A stretch of 64,000 nt of DNA from NCBI GenBank assembly GCA_965243135.1, contig OZ251539.1, forward strand, positions 928,001 through 992,000, given 5' to 3'. A program made the translations under genes and the position numbers. The DNA comes from Alphaproteobacteria bacterium. GTDB taxonomy: Bacteria; Pseudomonadota; Alphaproteobacteria; MPNO01; UBA830. Shown piece by piece: positions 38,637 to 47,882 of the stretch (the first letter of the stretch is position 1; the number at the start of each line of letters is the position of its first letter). The notes under the pieces are model-generated. The model did no database searches and was not told where the DNA came from. It saw only the letters and a list, made by a program, of their open reading frames with translations.

Positions 38637-39518
38637 ATGGGCGATCCCGTGTACCGGAACTACGACGCGGAGGCGCTCTGGGCGCAATACGATAACCGCG
38701 CCCAGATACCGGCGGAGACGTTCGACGCCATAAAGGCCGATCAGGCCGCCCGGTCGGCGGACTACCGCCGCACTGCGAGGCGCGCCTACCTAGATGTCGC
38801 CTACGATCGCCAGTGGCGGGAACGCCTGGACCTGTTCCTGCCCAGCAGCGGCAGGAGCTGGCCGCTGTTCGTCTTCATTCACGGCGGTTACTGGCAATGG
38901 AACAGGAAAGAAGGTTTCGAGTTCCTCGCCCGGGAACTCGTGGCCGCGGGCGCCGCTTTCGCCAGCGTCGAATACGCGTTGTGCCCGTCCGTGACGATGG
39001 AGGAATTGACCGATCAATGCCGCCGGGCGGCCGCTTATCTGTGGCGCGAGGCGGATTACTACGGTTACGATCGCGAGCGCTTCGTCGTGTCGGGCCATTC
39101 GGCTGGAGGGCATCTGGCGACGATGCTGCAGACCACCGTCTGGTTGAACGTCGCGGGAGATCTTCCCACTGGTTTCGTGACGGGGAGCTTGCCGATCAGC
39201 GGGATTTACGATCTCGAACCGATCCGGCTGACGCCGCTGAACGATGCGGTCCGCCTGGGGCAATCCGACGTTCCCGGCCTCAGCCCCATGTTCCTGAAAC
39301 CGACGTCGATGGGGCGGACCATCGTCGCCTACGGCGAAGCCGAATACGACGAGTTCCACCGCCAAGCGCGCGACCTCGCTTCCGCCTGGGCCGGACATGG
39401 AATGGAAACCAGCGTTCTGGAACTGCCGGGCCGCGATCACTTCACGGCGCTGAACGCGCTCGCCGAGCCCGACCACGAGTTGTTTCGGGCCGCGCTCGGG
39501 CTCCTGGGACTCGACTGA
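38637..39518 (+). CDS. Alpha/beta hydrolase (arylformamidase-like)
   Basis: FIHGGYWQ, GHSAGG, SGIYDL, DHF. Confidence 0.9.
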   Translation: MGDPVYRNYDAEALWAQYDNRAQIPAETFDAIKADQAARSADYRRTARRAYLDVAYDRQWRERLDLFLPSSGRSWPLFVFIHGGYWQWNRKEGFEFLARELVAAGAAFASVEYALCPSVTMEELTDQCRRAAAYLWREADYYGYDRERFVVSGHSAGGHLATMLQTTVWLNVAGDLPTGFVTGSLPISGIYDLEPIRLTPLNDAVRLGQSDVPGLSPMFLKPTSMGRTIVAYGEAEYDEFHRQARDLASAWAGHGMETSVLELPGRDHFTALNALAEPDHELFRAALGLLGLD

Positions 39519-39550
39519 ACGCCGACGGACCGTTCGGGAAATCCGGGTTC

Positions 39551-40402
39551 TCAGGCCTCGTTCACGATCGGGTTGGACAACGCGCCGATCCCGTCGAGTT
39601 CGACCTCGATCGTATCGCCTCCCTTCATGAACACCGGCGGCTTCCGGTAGTTGCCGACGCCGCCGGTGGTGCCGGTCGAGATGACGTCGCCCGGGTAGAG
39701 TTCCGTGACGGCGGTGAGGTAGGCGATGAGCTGATTGACGTCGAAAAGGAGATCGTCGGTCGTCGCGCGTTGCATTTCCTCGCCGTTGAGGCGCGTCGTC
39801 AACGTCATCTTGGTCGGATCGGGGATTTCGTCGGCGGTCACCATCCACGGTCCGAAAGCGCCCGAGCGGTAGAAGTTTTTCCCCGGCGCGAACTGGCTGG
39901 TGTGACGCTGGTAGTCGCGAACGGAGCCGTCGTTGTAGCAGGCGTATCCGGCGACGACCGAGAGCGCGTCCTCTTCCCTGACGTGGCGGCAGGTCTTGCC
40001 GATGACGACCGCCAGTTCCCCTTCGAAGTCGAACTTGTCGGAAACTCGCGGCTTGATCATCGGCTGGAGGTGGCCGACCTGGGAATTGGGGTAGCGCGTG
40101 AAGATCATCGGCCATTCGGGCGCCGGACGGTTGCCGCCCTCGAGCACGTGGCTGCGATAGTTGAGTCCGACGCACAGAATCTTGTCCGGGTTCGGAACGA
40201 CGGGCAGGAACTCCACGTCCTCGATGCGGTGATCGGGCGCCCTGTTCGCCGCGGCTTCGGCGATCTCGTCGAGGGCGTTCCGGGCGATGGCGTCGCGCAG
40301 CGTTTGCGCGCCGCCCGCCAGGGGCCGCGCGTCGACGATTCCCGCCTCGGTGACGACGCCGTAGGATTCCGTCCCGCCGACAGCGTAGCTGGTGATCCTC
40401 AT
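39551..40402 (-). CDS. Fumarylacetoacetate hydrolase family protein
   Basis: KILCVGLNY..H, DFEGELAVVIG, NDGSVRDYQ, PGDVISTGT. Confidence 0.92.
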   Translation of the reverse strand: MRITSYAVGGTESYGVVTEAGIVDARPLAGGAQTLRDAIARNALDEIAEAAANRAPDHRIEDVEFLPVVPNPDKILCVGLNYRSHVLEGGNRPAPEWPMIFTRYPNSQVGHLQPMIKPRVSDKFDFEGELAVVIGKTCRHVREEDALSVVAGYACYNDGSVRDYQRHTSQFAPGKNFYRSGAFGPWMVTADEIPDPTKMTLTTRLNGEEMQRATTDDLLFDVNQLIAYLTAVTELYPGDVISTGTTGGVGNYRKPPVFMKGGDTIEVELDGIGALSNPIVNEA

Positions 40403-40530
40403 TCGATCCTCCGTTGCAATGCGCGCGCATACATAATGCCCGCCCGCATCGAGGGCAAACCGCCGCGCGTTCGGGGTCCGCGCCGGATGCGATTCGAAAA
40501 CCGGCGCCGGACGATCGAGGCCGGGCGGCC

Positions 40531-40670
40531 GGCTTGCGGCTGAAGCAGCGAAGACGGCGGGCGGGGCGCGGAAAATTCGCGGTTTTCCGCGCCCGAATCG
40601 GGGCGAAATTCCTTGCCCCTGAAAACCGTTTGCATTTCGAGACGTTGCGAACGGCGCGCGCGGCTCTTGA
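40531..40670 (+). repeat. Dispersed intergenic repeat family R-A (copy 3), directly before TTGACA of the autotransporter promoter region
   Basis: AATTCGCGGTTTTCCG at 40574-40589 plus looser flanking similarity. Confidence 0.6.
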
Positions 40671-40720
40671 CAGGGACCAGGGAGATGAATTAGGATGCCA
40701 GACTCCTATAACTGAAACGG

Positions 40721-42187
40721 GTGAACGTTGTGAATTCAAAAACGAGTCCGACCGGACCGGATGCGCAGCGGTCCATTCTCGACAGGGCGTCGCTGACGAC
40801 CGCCGCGCTCGCCTTGGCTGCTTTCGTCCTCTGCGGAGGATCGGCTTTCGTCCTCTACCCGGGAAATGCGCAGGCGTCGCACAGTTGCGGCGAAGAACAT
40901 CCACCAGTCGAACCAGGCCATCGGCAGCATAGGTGCAGGGGCCGCCTTCTAGTAGACAACAGCGGCTTAATAGAAGGGGAAGATGCTATAGATTTCGGGG
41001 AAGGTGGAGGCCAGCTCATCAACCGTGAAGGTGGGCGCATAAAGGGAGACATCGTGGTCGACGAAGACGAAGATGTCAAGGTGATCGTGGAGCTGCCGGA
41101 AGACGATCCATCGCTGGATGCGTATAAAGAGGCGGTGGAAGGCGATCTCATCGGCATTGACGAAGTGGTTGTCCGCGCCGGCGACAAGGAGAGCACGCTG
41201 CCCGTTGTGGATGGCCAGCCCGTCGGCCTGCCGCCGAGGCCGGAGGCAAAGGAAGAGGAAGAACCTTCGGACGCCGACTTCGCTTGCGACGGGGTGGATC
41301 ATTGCCGCCTCTACGAGGCGCTGCCGTCGGCGCTGCTGGCCATGAACGGGCTGCCGACCTACGGGGAGCGCATGGCGGCGGCGCGGGACGCCGCTGGCGG
41401 CTGGGCGCGGATCGACGGCGCGGGCGGCGAGTGGAAGGCGAAGAGTTCGACGCCCTCGACGCCGCCGAACGCGGCCTTCGACTACCGCCGGTACGGCGTG
41501 CAGGCGGGGGTGGATTTCGCCGTTGGCGGCGACGGGCGGTTCGGCGTGTCGGTGCGCGGGCTGCGGGGCTCGGCCGAGATGGCGGGTTCCGGCGGCGAGA
41601 TCGATCTGTCCGGGGTCGGCGCGGGCGCGCACGGGACGGCGTTCCTCGGCGGCGGCTTCCACGTGGACGCGCAGGCGATGGCGACCTGGTACGACGTCAA
41701 GCTGACTTCCGGGACGAACGAGGTTCTGAAGGACGGCGCGAAGGGGCTGGGGCTGGCTCTCGGCCTCGAGGCCGGGCGGCGGACGGAAGTGGGCCGCGGC
41801 CTGACCGTGACGCCCGGCGCCGGTCTGGCGTGGTCGGACGTGTCCCTGGACTTCACGGACGCGATGGGCACCCCGTTCTCCGTGGAAGACGCGCAAAGCC
41901 TGGAAGGCCGCGCCGGATTGCGGGTCGAGGCGCGGATGGAGGACGGCCTGCGGCTGTCCGGTTCGGTGCAAGCGACGCGCGAGTTCTCGGACGAGAAGTC
42001 GGCGAAGGCGTCCAGGGAGTCGCTGAAGACGACCGAAGCGCAAAAGACCGGCGTTCGCGTCGGGTTCGGCGGCTCGCGCAGCTGGGAGGACGGCCGGTAT
42101 ACGCTGCGGGCCGACGCGGGATACGCGGCGCGCGGCAGCGGCAACGGCGCGTTCAACGGCGGCGTCAGCTTGGCCTACCGCTTCTGA
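40721..42187 (+). CDS. Short-passenger autotransporter
   Basis: Signal peptide (..NAQA), a short acidic passenger, and a barrel nearly identical to that of 8756..13663 (LYEALPS..., GGWARIDGAGGEWKAKSST, ends LAYRF). Confidence 0.88.
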   Translation: MNVVNSKTSPTGPDAQRSILDRASLTTAALALAAFVLCGGSAFVLYPGNAQASHSCGEEHPPVEPGHRQHRCRGRLLVDNSGLIEGEDAIDFGEGGGQLINREGGRIKGDIVVDEDEDVKVIVELPEDDPSLDAYKEAVEGDLIGIDEVVVRAGDKESTLPVVDGQPVGLPPRPEAKEEEEPSDADFACDGVDHCRLYEALPSALLAMNGLPTYGERMAAARDAAGGWARIDGAGGEWKAKSSTPSTPPNAAFDYRRYGVQAGVDFAVGGDGRFGVSVRGLRGSAEMAGSGGEIDLSGVGAGAHGTAFLGGGFHVDAQAMATWYDVKLTSGTNEVLKDGAKGLGLALGLEAGRRTEVGRGLTVTPGAGLAWSDVSLDFTDAMGTPFSVEDAQSLEGRAGLRVEARMEDGLRLSGSVQATREFSDEKSAKASRESLKTTEAQKTGVRVGFGGSRSWEDGRYTLRADAGYAARGSGNGAFNGGVSLAYRF

Positions 42188-42629
42188 AACCGCGGCAGCG
42201 CGCCTCCCCGGTTTCGGCGCTCCGTAGCGTCAGGCGCGGTCTCGGCGGCGGGCAGGGCGGCCGCTCCGCTCGCCCGGGGATCGCAGCAGCCCGACGGTTT
42301 CGCAGCGGCAGGATCGAGCGTTTCTCGGCCGTCGGTTCGTTCGTCGGGTCCGGTGCGGCGGTTCGGTGCGCCAAGCGGCTTCGCCCGGCGGAAAGGTGCC
42401 GTCGCGAGCGTCGCCCGGCTCTTCGTGGACGGCGGCCGGGGTGCCCGCCTGACGGGACCGACGGAATGCCAGCTGCCTTCGCGACGGAGATTGCCGACCG
42501 CGCGCTTCGGCGTCGACAGGAGGAGACTCGAAGAACGGCGCGGGAAGATTGGTTTGGTTTTGAGCGTTGTCCGCCAACGTGGTCTATAGGTTTCCGGTTC
42601 GTCTCGACAACCGGGGTTTCGGGGTTCCC

Positions 42630-43142
42630 ATGCAATTTCTGAAACGCGCCGCGGTTTTCGCAGCGATGCCTTTCTTTCTTGCCGTGGCGCCGGTGGGCGC
42701 GAACGCGGACAACGAATGCGATTCCCCCGTGAACGGGGAAACTTCATGCCCGAACCGAGGTTCTTCGGTCCGGTCGGTGATCATCATCAATGGCGAGGTG
42801 ATCGGCGGCAATTCCGAGGGGGGCGCGGCCGTGAAGCTGACCGGCGGCGGCAGCGTCATCGTCGGTCCGAAGGGCCGTTTGAACGCCGACGGGGCGCCCT
42901 TCGCGATCAGGGGCGACGGCGCCGCGACCCAAGTGACCGTGCTCCAGGATCCCGATCTCGCCGACGATGGGCGCCTCACGAAGCAGGGCGTCGACGATGC
43001 GCTGGAAAGATTGGGCGCGGTCGGCGGCGTCGACGCCGTCGCCGTTCGGGCTGGCGAGGCGGGTTCGACCGGCGCCGACTACGAGAGGCGCGGGACGGTC
43101 GGCGATGACGGCAGCGTCAGCGTCGACGCCACGGGTCTTTAG
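42630..43142 (+). CDS. Barrel-less autotransporter fragment (signal peptide plus passenger C-terminal segment), possibly a pseudogene
   Basis: Signal peptide, then AAVKLTGGGSVIVGPKG...AIRGDGAATQVTVLQDPDLAD matching the large autotransporter at about 9960-10200. No barrel follows. Confidence 0.7.
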   Translation: MQFLKRAAVFAAMPFFLAVAPVGANADNECDSPVNGETSCPNRGSSVRSVIIINGEVIGGNSEGGAAVKLTGGGSVIVGPKGRLNADGAPFAIRGDGAATQVTVLQDPDLADDGRLTKQGVDDALERLGAVGGVDAVAVRAGEAGSTGADYERRGTVGDDGSVSVDATGL

Positions 43143-43189
43143 GAAGGCCCTCCGCAGGCGACTTCCAGGTCGGGCGTCGAACGCGCTCG

Positions 43190-43310
43190 TCTCAGCGGGG
43201 CAGGATTTCTGCGGAGCGACAGGTTCGCTCGCCCCCGCGCTTTTCCCCGCCGTACCGCTGCGAAAACTGCCGGCTGCTTGCCGCGCCACAGGGGACGCGG
43301 ACAGGCCTGC
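43190..43310 (+). repeat. Dispersed repeat family R-C
   Basis: GGGCAGGATTTC..CGGAGCGACAG.TTCGCTCGCC...CTGCCGGCTGCTTG...GACAGGCCTG also occurs at 48038-48158 and in part at 33484-33523. Confidence 0.75.
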
Positions 43311-43358
43311 CGCCGCCGACTCCTTGACGGCTCCGGCGCGGCGGCCTACTCTCTTCCG

Positions 43359-44894
43359 ATGGCGAAACGCATGCTTCCGATCGGCATGACCTCCCTCCGG
43401 AAAATCCGGGGGATGGACTGCTACTACGTCGACAAGACGGACCATGTCCGCCGCCTTGTCGAGGGTGGTCAATATTATTTTCTGTCGCGTCCGCGCCGGT
43501 TCGGCAAGACCCTCCTGGTGGACACGCTGCAGAAGCTGTTCGAGGGAAGCGAGGAGTTGTTCCGGGGCCTCGCCGTGCACGGCAAGTGGGACTGGTCGAC
43601 GCGCCATCCTGTCGTGCGGATCAGCTTCGGCGGGGGCAATTTCGACTCTCCGGACCACATTCGGAGAAACGTGGAGGACCAGTTGGAGGAAACGGAGCGG
43701 CTGGCCGGCCTCGAACCGGGCCCCGCCGAGGCGTCGGTTCGTTTCCGGCGCCTGATAAGGACGCTGCACGAGCGCACCGGGCAGCGGACGGTCGTTCTGG
43801 TGGACGAGTACGACAAGCCAATTCTGGACGCGCTCGGCGACCGGGAACTGGCGCTGGCCAACCGCGATTTCCTGCGCGGCTTCTACGCGATGATCAAGGA
43901 GTGCGACGAGCAGCTCCGCTTCGTTTTCCTGACGGGGGTGAGCAAGTTCTCGAAAGCGGGCCTGTTCTCGGGCCTGAACAACCTGAACGACATCACGCTG
44001 GACGAGCGCTACGGCGCTATTTGCGGTTGTACGGACGCGGAACTGGACGCGGTCTTCGCCCCGGAACTGGAGGGCCTGGACCGGGACGAAATCCGGCACT
44101 GGTACAACGGCTACAACTGGCTCGGACCGGAGAAGGTCTACAATCCGTTCGGCCTCCTGCTGTTGTTCGACAAACGCAAGTTCGGCAACTACTGGTTCCA
44201 TAGCGGCACGCCGACCTTCCTGGTCGAGACGCTGGCGCGCCGCGACCTGCCCACTCCCGACCTGGACGGCATGACCGGCAGCGAGAGCCTGCTCTCGACC
44301 TTCGACGTGGACAATATCTCGGTCGAGGCGCTTCTGTTCCAGACCGGCTACCTCACCATCGCGGGCGAGGAGGACGGGCGCTACCGGCTGGACTACCCGA
44401 ACCTCGAAGTGCGCCAGAGCCTGGGCGAGGCCCTGCTGGAAGAACTGCTCCCGGTCGAGGCCCGCAAGAAGACGGGGCGCCTGCGGCTAGGCGAATTGCT
44501 GGAAGCGAACGACTTCGAACGCATCGGGACCTTGTTCCGCGGCGTCTTCGCCGCCATCCCGCACCAGTGGTACATGAACAGCCCGGTCGCGAAGTACGAG
44601 GCCCACTACGCGAGCGTCATCCACAGCTGCTTCCTGATGGAGGGCCTCGAGCCGGTCGCGGAGGACAGCGGCAGCCGGGGGCGCGCCGACATGGCGGTCC
44701 GCGCCGGCGGGCGCGTCTACCTGTTCGAGTTCAAGGTGGTGGAGCGCGGGCGGGAGGGAACCGCGCTCGCGCAGTTGCGGGAGAAGGGCTACGCGGACAA
44801 GTACCGCCGTCTCGGTCGTTCGGTCCACCTGATCGGGGTGGAGTTCAGTCGCGAAGAGCGCAACGTCGTCGGGTTCGATTGCGAGACCGCCTGA
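43359..44894 (+). CDS. AAA-ATPase/PD-(D/E)XK nuclease copy 6, open, with the alternative (type B) C-terminal half
   Basis: RPRRFGKT, VDEYDKP, GRADM...LFEFK. Promoter TTGACG (43324)-17-TACTCT-6-ATG. Confidence 0.92.
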   Translation: MAKRMLPIGMTSLRKIRGMDCYYVDKTDHVRRLVEGGQYYFLSRPRRFGKTLLVDTLQKLFEGSEELFRGLAVHGKWDWSTRHPVVRISFGGGNFDSPDHIRRNVEDQLEETERLAGLEPGPAEASVRFRRLIRTLHERTGQRTVVLVDEYDKPILDALGDRELALANRDFLRGFYAMIKECDEQLRFVFLTGVSKFSKAGLFSGLNNLNDITLDERYGAICGCTDAELDAVFAPELEGLDRDEIRHWYNGYNWLGPEKVYNPFGLLLLFDKRKFGNYWFHSGTPTFLVETLARRDLPTPDLDGMTGSESLLSTFDVDNISVEALLFQTGYLTIAGEEDGRYRLDYPNLEVRQSLGEALLEELLPVEARKKTGRLRLGELLEANDFERIGTLFRGVFAAIPHQWYMNSPVAKYEAHYASVIHSCFLMEGLEPVAEDSGSRGRADMAVRAGGRVYLFEFKVVERGREGTALAQLREKGYADKYRRLGRSVHLIGVEFSREERNVVGFDCETA

Positions 44895-45199
44895 AGCCGG
44901 ACGAGGTCCCGTTCGGACACGGCCGCCTCCGCGAAAGAACGCCGTCCGCGAGGCGGGTCCGGCCTGCGCTCCGTCGAAGGCGGCAGCTGGCTCGTCGCCT
45001 CGTGCGCTTGCGGCTTGACGGGACGCCCCGCCGAGGAGGCCGCCTCGGGGCCGGCGGCGTCTCCCTGCAGGCGCTCGCGGCCGGGCGCGCGCCCCTTCAA
45101 GTTTGAAGCGCAACGCGCGTGGTGGCTGACCGACCGTTTTCATGTTGCGGAGAGGTCAGGCGGATGAGTTCAAAAACGGAGGCCAACGCCTGCCATCAC

Positions 45200-45365
45200 C
45201 GTTTCCGGTTTCGCTTTTGCGAGCCGCTTCGGTTGATGGCTTCGAACCAGCCCATGGAGGTTCGGCGGCGGAAGTCCGCTCGCTCGACCGGACGACGCTC
45301 TCGTTCGACGGAGCCGTTGCCTGACGTTCAGGCGTTTCGCCGCTTGCGGCGCATGTCGTCGCGCG
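45200..45365 (+). repeat. Dispersed repeat family R-B (copy 3)
   Basis: GGTTCGGCGGCGGAAG..CGCTCGACC...CGACGGA.CCGTTGCCTGA.GTTCAGGCGTTTCGCCGCTT.CGGCG.ATGTCGTC is shared with 28635-28743. Confidence 0.8.
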
Positions 45366-45438
45366 CGCGGGTCTCCGGGCGGCACTGATGTCGATATTCC
45401 AGACATGGAGCGCATGTCGTCGCGCGCACGGGTCTCCG
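45349..45438 (+). repeat. Pair of 29-bp direct repeats separated by 32 bp
   Basis: GCGCATGTCGTCGCGCGC(G/A)CGGGTCTCCG at 45349-45377 and 45410-45438. Confidence 0.85.
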
Positions 45439-45527
45439 TCGCCGAACCAACTGCAGGTATGGCGGCGAGGCGTGCCGCGACGATCGTCGTTGGATGCGCG
45501 CGGCTTTCCCTGGCGAGGGCGCTTGCC

Positions 45528-47882
45528 CTGCCTGTCGCCCACAAATCGGGTGTTGACACGGTGAGTCTGATTCGGTACCGTGCGGGACATGGAGGTCCAG
45601 AATCAAGTCATCCGCACTCTTCGGAGCGATCTTGTCCGGCTGCAAGGGCTGACCGGGGACGGGGGCAGTCGCGGCCAACTGGTCGACCGGGTCTGCGCGG
45701 CGTTCGGGTTTCGGGACGGGCGCGGTCGCTGGCAGCGCGTGACTTGCCGGAAAGCGCTGACCGCGCTGGAAGCGGAAGGACACATTTCGCTTCCGCCGCG
45801 CCGTACCGCTCGCTGTGGCCAGCGACGCGTCGCCGATCCGGTGCCGCCGGCGCGCGACGTGCCGGACGCGGTCTGCGCGGTCGAGGATTTGGAGCTGGTC
45901 CTGGTGACGGATGCGCGGCAGCGCGCGATCTGGGACGGGTTGATGACGCACGAGCATCCGTGCGGCGCAGGGCCTTTCGTGGGCTGCCAGGTACGTTACC
46001 TGGTGGGGTCGGCGCATGGCTGGCTGGGAGCCGTGGGGTTTGCCTCTTCCGCCCGTTGGCTGGCCTGCCGCGACCGCTGGATTGGCTGGAACGACGACAA
46101 GCGGCGCGCTTGTTTGCACCGGGTCGCGTGCCTGTCGCGTTTTCTGATCCGTCCCGGCATCGAGTGCCGGAATCTCGCCTCGCACGTCCTGGGGCAAACA
46201 GTATGCATGGCGGGAGACGATTTCGAGGTGCGCTACGGCTATCGGCCCTATTTGCTGGAGACCTTCGTCGACGAGGAGAAGCATACGGGGGCGATCTTCC
46301 GTTCCGCGAACTGGCAGCATGTGGGGAAGACCAGTGGTCGCCGAAGGGGTGCGGCGAAGGCACCGAAAGCGGTGTACATGTACGAACTGGACGCAGGATG
46401 GCGGGAACGTCTGCACATTCCCGAACCGCGTCTTGCGCCTCTGAAGGTCGGGGCCGGTCTCGATCGGGAGAGCTGGGCGGAACAGGAGTTCAGCGGCGCA
46501 CCGCTGGGGGATGCACGCCTGAGCGCACGCCTGGTGACTTGCGCCCGGCATCAGGCGGAAGCGCCGATGCGGGCGTTCACGGGCGCAGCGAGGGGAGATC
46601 AAGCCTTGATCAAGGCTTATTACCGTTTCATCGACAAGCCGGACAACGAGGCGGTGACGGTGGAGAACATCATGCAACCGCACCGTCGCCGGACGCTGCA
46701 GCGGATGCAGGGAGAGAAGACGGTGCTGTGCGTGCAGGATGGCAGCACGCTGAACTTCGCGAAGCGCGGCAAGACCGAAGGGTTGGGAATCATCGGCAGG
46801 AACCAGACCGCCGCCGCCGCCCGGGGCTTGCACTTGCATGCGACTCTTGCGGTGAACGCCGACGGGTTGCCGCTGGGAGTTCTGCGGGCGGCGTTCGACG
46901 CCCCACAGCCGGGCGCGGAGAAGGACAAGCCTCGCGAGGAGAAGAAGTCGTACCGGTGGATCGAGGGTCTTCGCGACAGCGCCGCGGCCGCTGCGGCACT
47001 CGATGGCGTGCAGGTCGTCGGCGTCATGGATCGGGAAGCAGACTTCGTCGACCTGTTCGTCGAGCGCCGCGAGCGGACGCCGGGAGTGGAACTCCTGGTG
47101 CGGGCGAAGACGAACCGCGTTCTTGGAAAGGACGACGCCGACAAGCTGTTCGACAAGGTGCGGAAAAGTCCAGCGCAAGGCAAGCTGGTCATCGAGGTCA
47201 AGCGTCTGAGCGCACGAATCAAGGCCAGCAAGCAGGCCGCAAAGGCAATGCGACCGGCCCGCCAGGCTACGGTCAGGCTGCGCTACCTCAAGGTCGAGCT
47301 GCCGGCGAAGGGCAAGGCGCCTGTCGAGATGACGATCGTGCACGTCCGCGAGGAAAACCCGCCGGCGGACGACGAACGGCTGGAATGGTTCCTGCTGACG
47401 ACGCTGCCGGTCGAGAGTGCCGTGGACGCCGAACGCATCCTGATGTGGTACGGCCTGCGCTGGCGCATCGAAGATTACTTTCGCGTCTTGAAGTCCGGCT
47501 GCAAGATCGAGGAACTCGAGAACCGGACGGCCGAGCGCCTTCAGCGCGCCGCAGCCATCAATATGGTCGTCGCCTGGCGGATTCACCTGATGGCCCGCCT
47601 CGGACGGGAACTGCCCGATCTGCCGCCCGAGATCCTGTTCTCGGACGTCGAACTCCAGGTGCTGGCGCTGTTCGCCAAATCGCGACGCAAGGACGCGCCG
47701 AAAAATCTTGGAGAGGCTGTCTTCCTGGTCGCCGCCCTCGGCGGCTACATCAAGCGCAAGCGGGACCCGCCAGGCGCGGAAGTAATGTGGAACGGCTACC
47801 TCCAACTCGCCGCAATGGCTTTTCACCAGGAACTTCGGGATGAATATTGTTAGTCTAGCATCGATTTGTGGGGGACAGGCAG
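45528..47882 (+). mobile_element. Intact IS4-family (IS50/Tn5-like) insertion sequence, 2355 bp
   Basis: 21-bp inverted repeats CTGCCTGTC(G/C)CCCACAAATCG (45528-45548 and 47862-47882, 20/21). 8-bp target duplication CGCTTGCC (45520-45527 and 47883-47890). Confidence 0.92.
45589..47853 (+). CDS. IS4-family transposase with N-terminal DUF4338-like domain
   Basis: SRFLIRP...NLAS..L...LLETFVD..G.IFR.ANW (DUF4338-like), then WAEQEF...LGDARL, VQD, MDREAD, WFLLT, Y..RWRIEDYFRVLKSG (YREK), PPG. Promoter TTGACA-17-TACCGT-7-ATG. Confidence 0.92.
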   Translation: MEVQNQVIRTLRSDLVRLQGLTGDGGSRGQLVDRVCAAFGFRDGRGRWQRVTCRKALTALEAEGHISLPPRRTARCGQRRVADPVPPARDVPDAVCAVEDLELVLVTDARQRAIWDGLMTHEHPCGAGPFVGCQVRYLVGSAHGWLGAVGFASSARWLACRDRWIGWNDDKRRACLHRVACLSRFLIRPGIECRNLASHVLGQTVCMAGDDFEVRYGYRPYLLETFVDEEKHTGAIFRSANWQHVGKTSGRRRGAAKAPKAVYMYELDAGWRERLHIPEPRLAPLKVGAGLDRESWAEQEFSGAPLGDARLSARLVTCARHQAEAPMRAFTGAARGDQALIKAYYRFIDKPDNEAVTVENIMQPHRRRTLQRMQGEKTVLCVQDGSTLNFAKRGKTEGLGIIGRNQTAAAARGLHLHATLAVNADGLPLGVLRAAFDAPQPGAEKDKPREEKKSYRWIEGLRDSAAAAAALDGVQVVGVMDREADFVDLFVERRERTPGVELLVRAKTNRVLGKDDADKLFDKVRKSPAQGKLVIEVKRLSARIKASKQAAKAMRPARQATVRLRYLKVELPAKGKAPVEMTIVHVREENPPADDERLEWFLLTTLPVESAVDAERILMWYGLRWRIEDYFRVLKSGCKIEELENRTAERLQRAAAINMVVAWRIHLMARLGRELPDLPPEILFSDVELQVLALFAKSRRKDAPKNLGEAVFLVAALGGYIKRKRDPPGAEVMWNGYLQLAAMAFHQELRDEYC

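Noticed and set aside
28475-45365. Integron attC sites as the identity of the dispersed repeats
   Set aside because: No integrase and no clear RYYYAAC...GTTRRRY boundaries at gene ends.
45349-45438. Bona fide CRISPR array
   Set aside because: Only two repeats, with no leader or cas genes. Kept only as a low-interest repeat.
45589-46450. Druantia anti-phage system
   Set aside because: The DUF4338-like domain is fused to a transposase inside IS ends, and no DruE helicase or other Dru genes are present.
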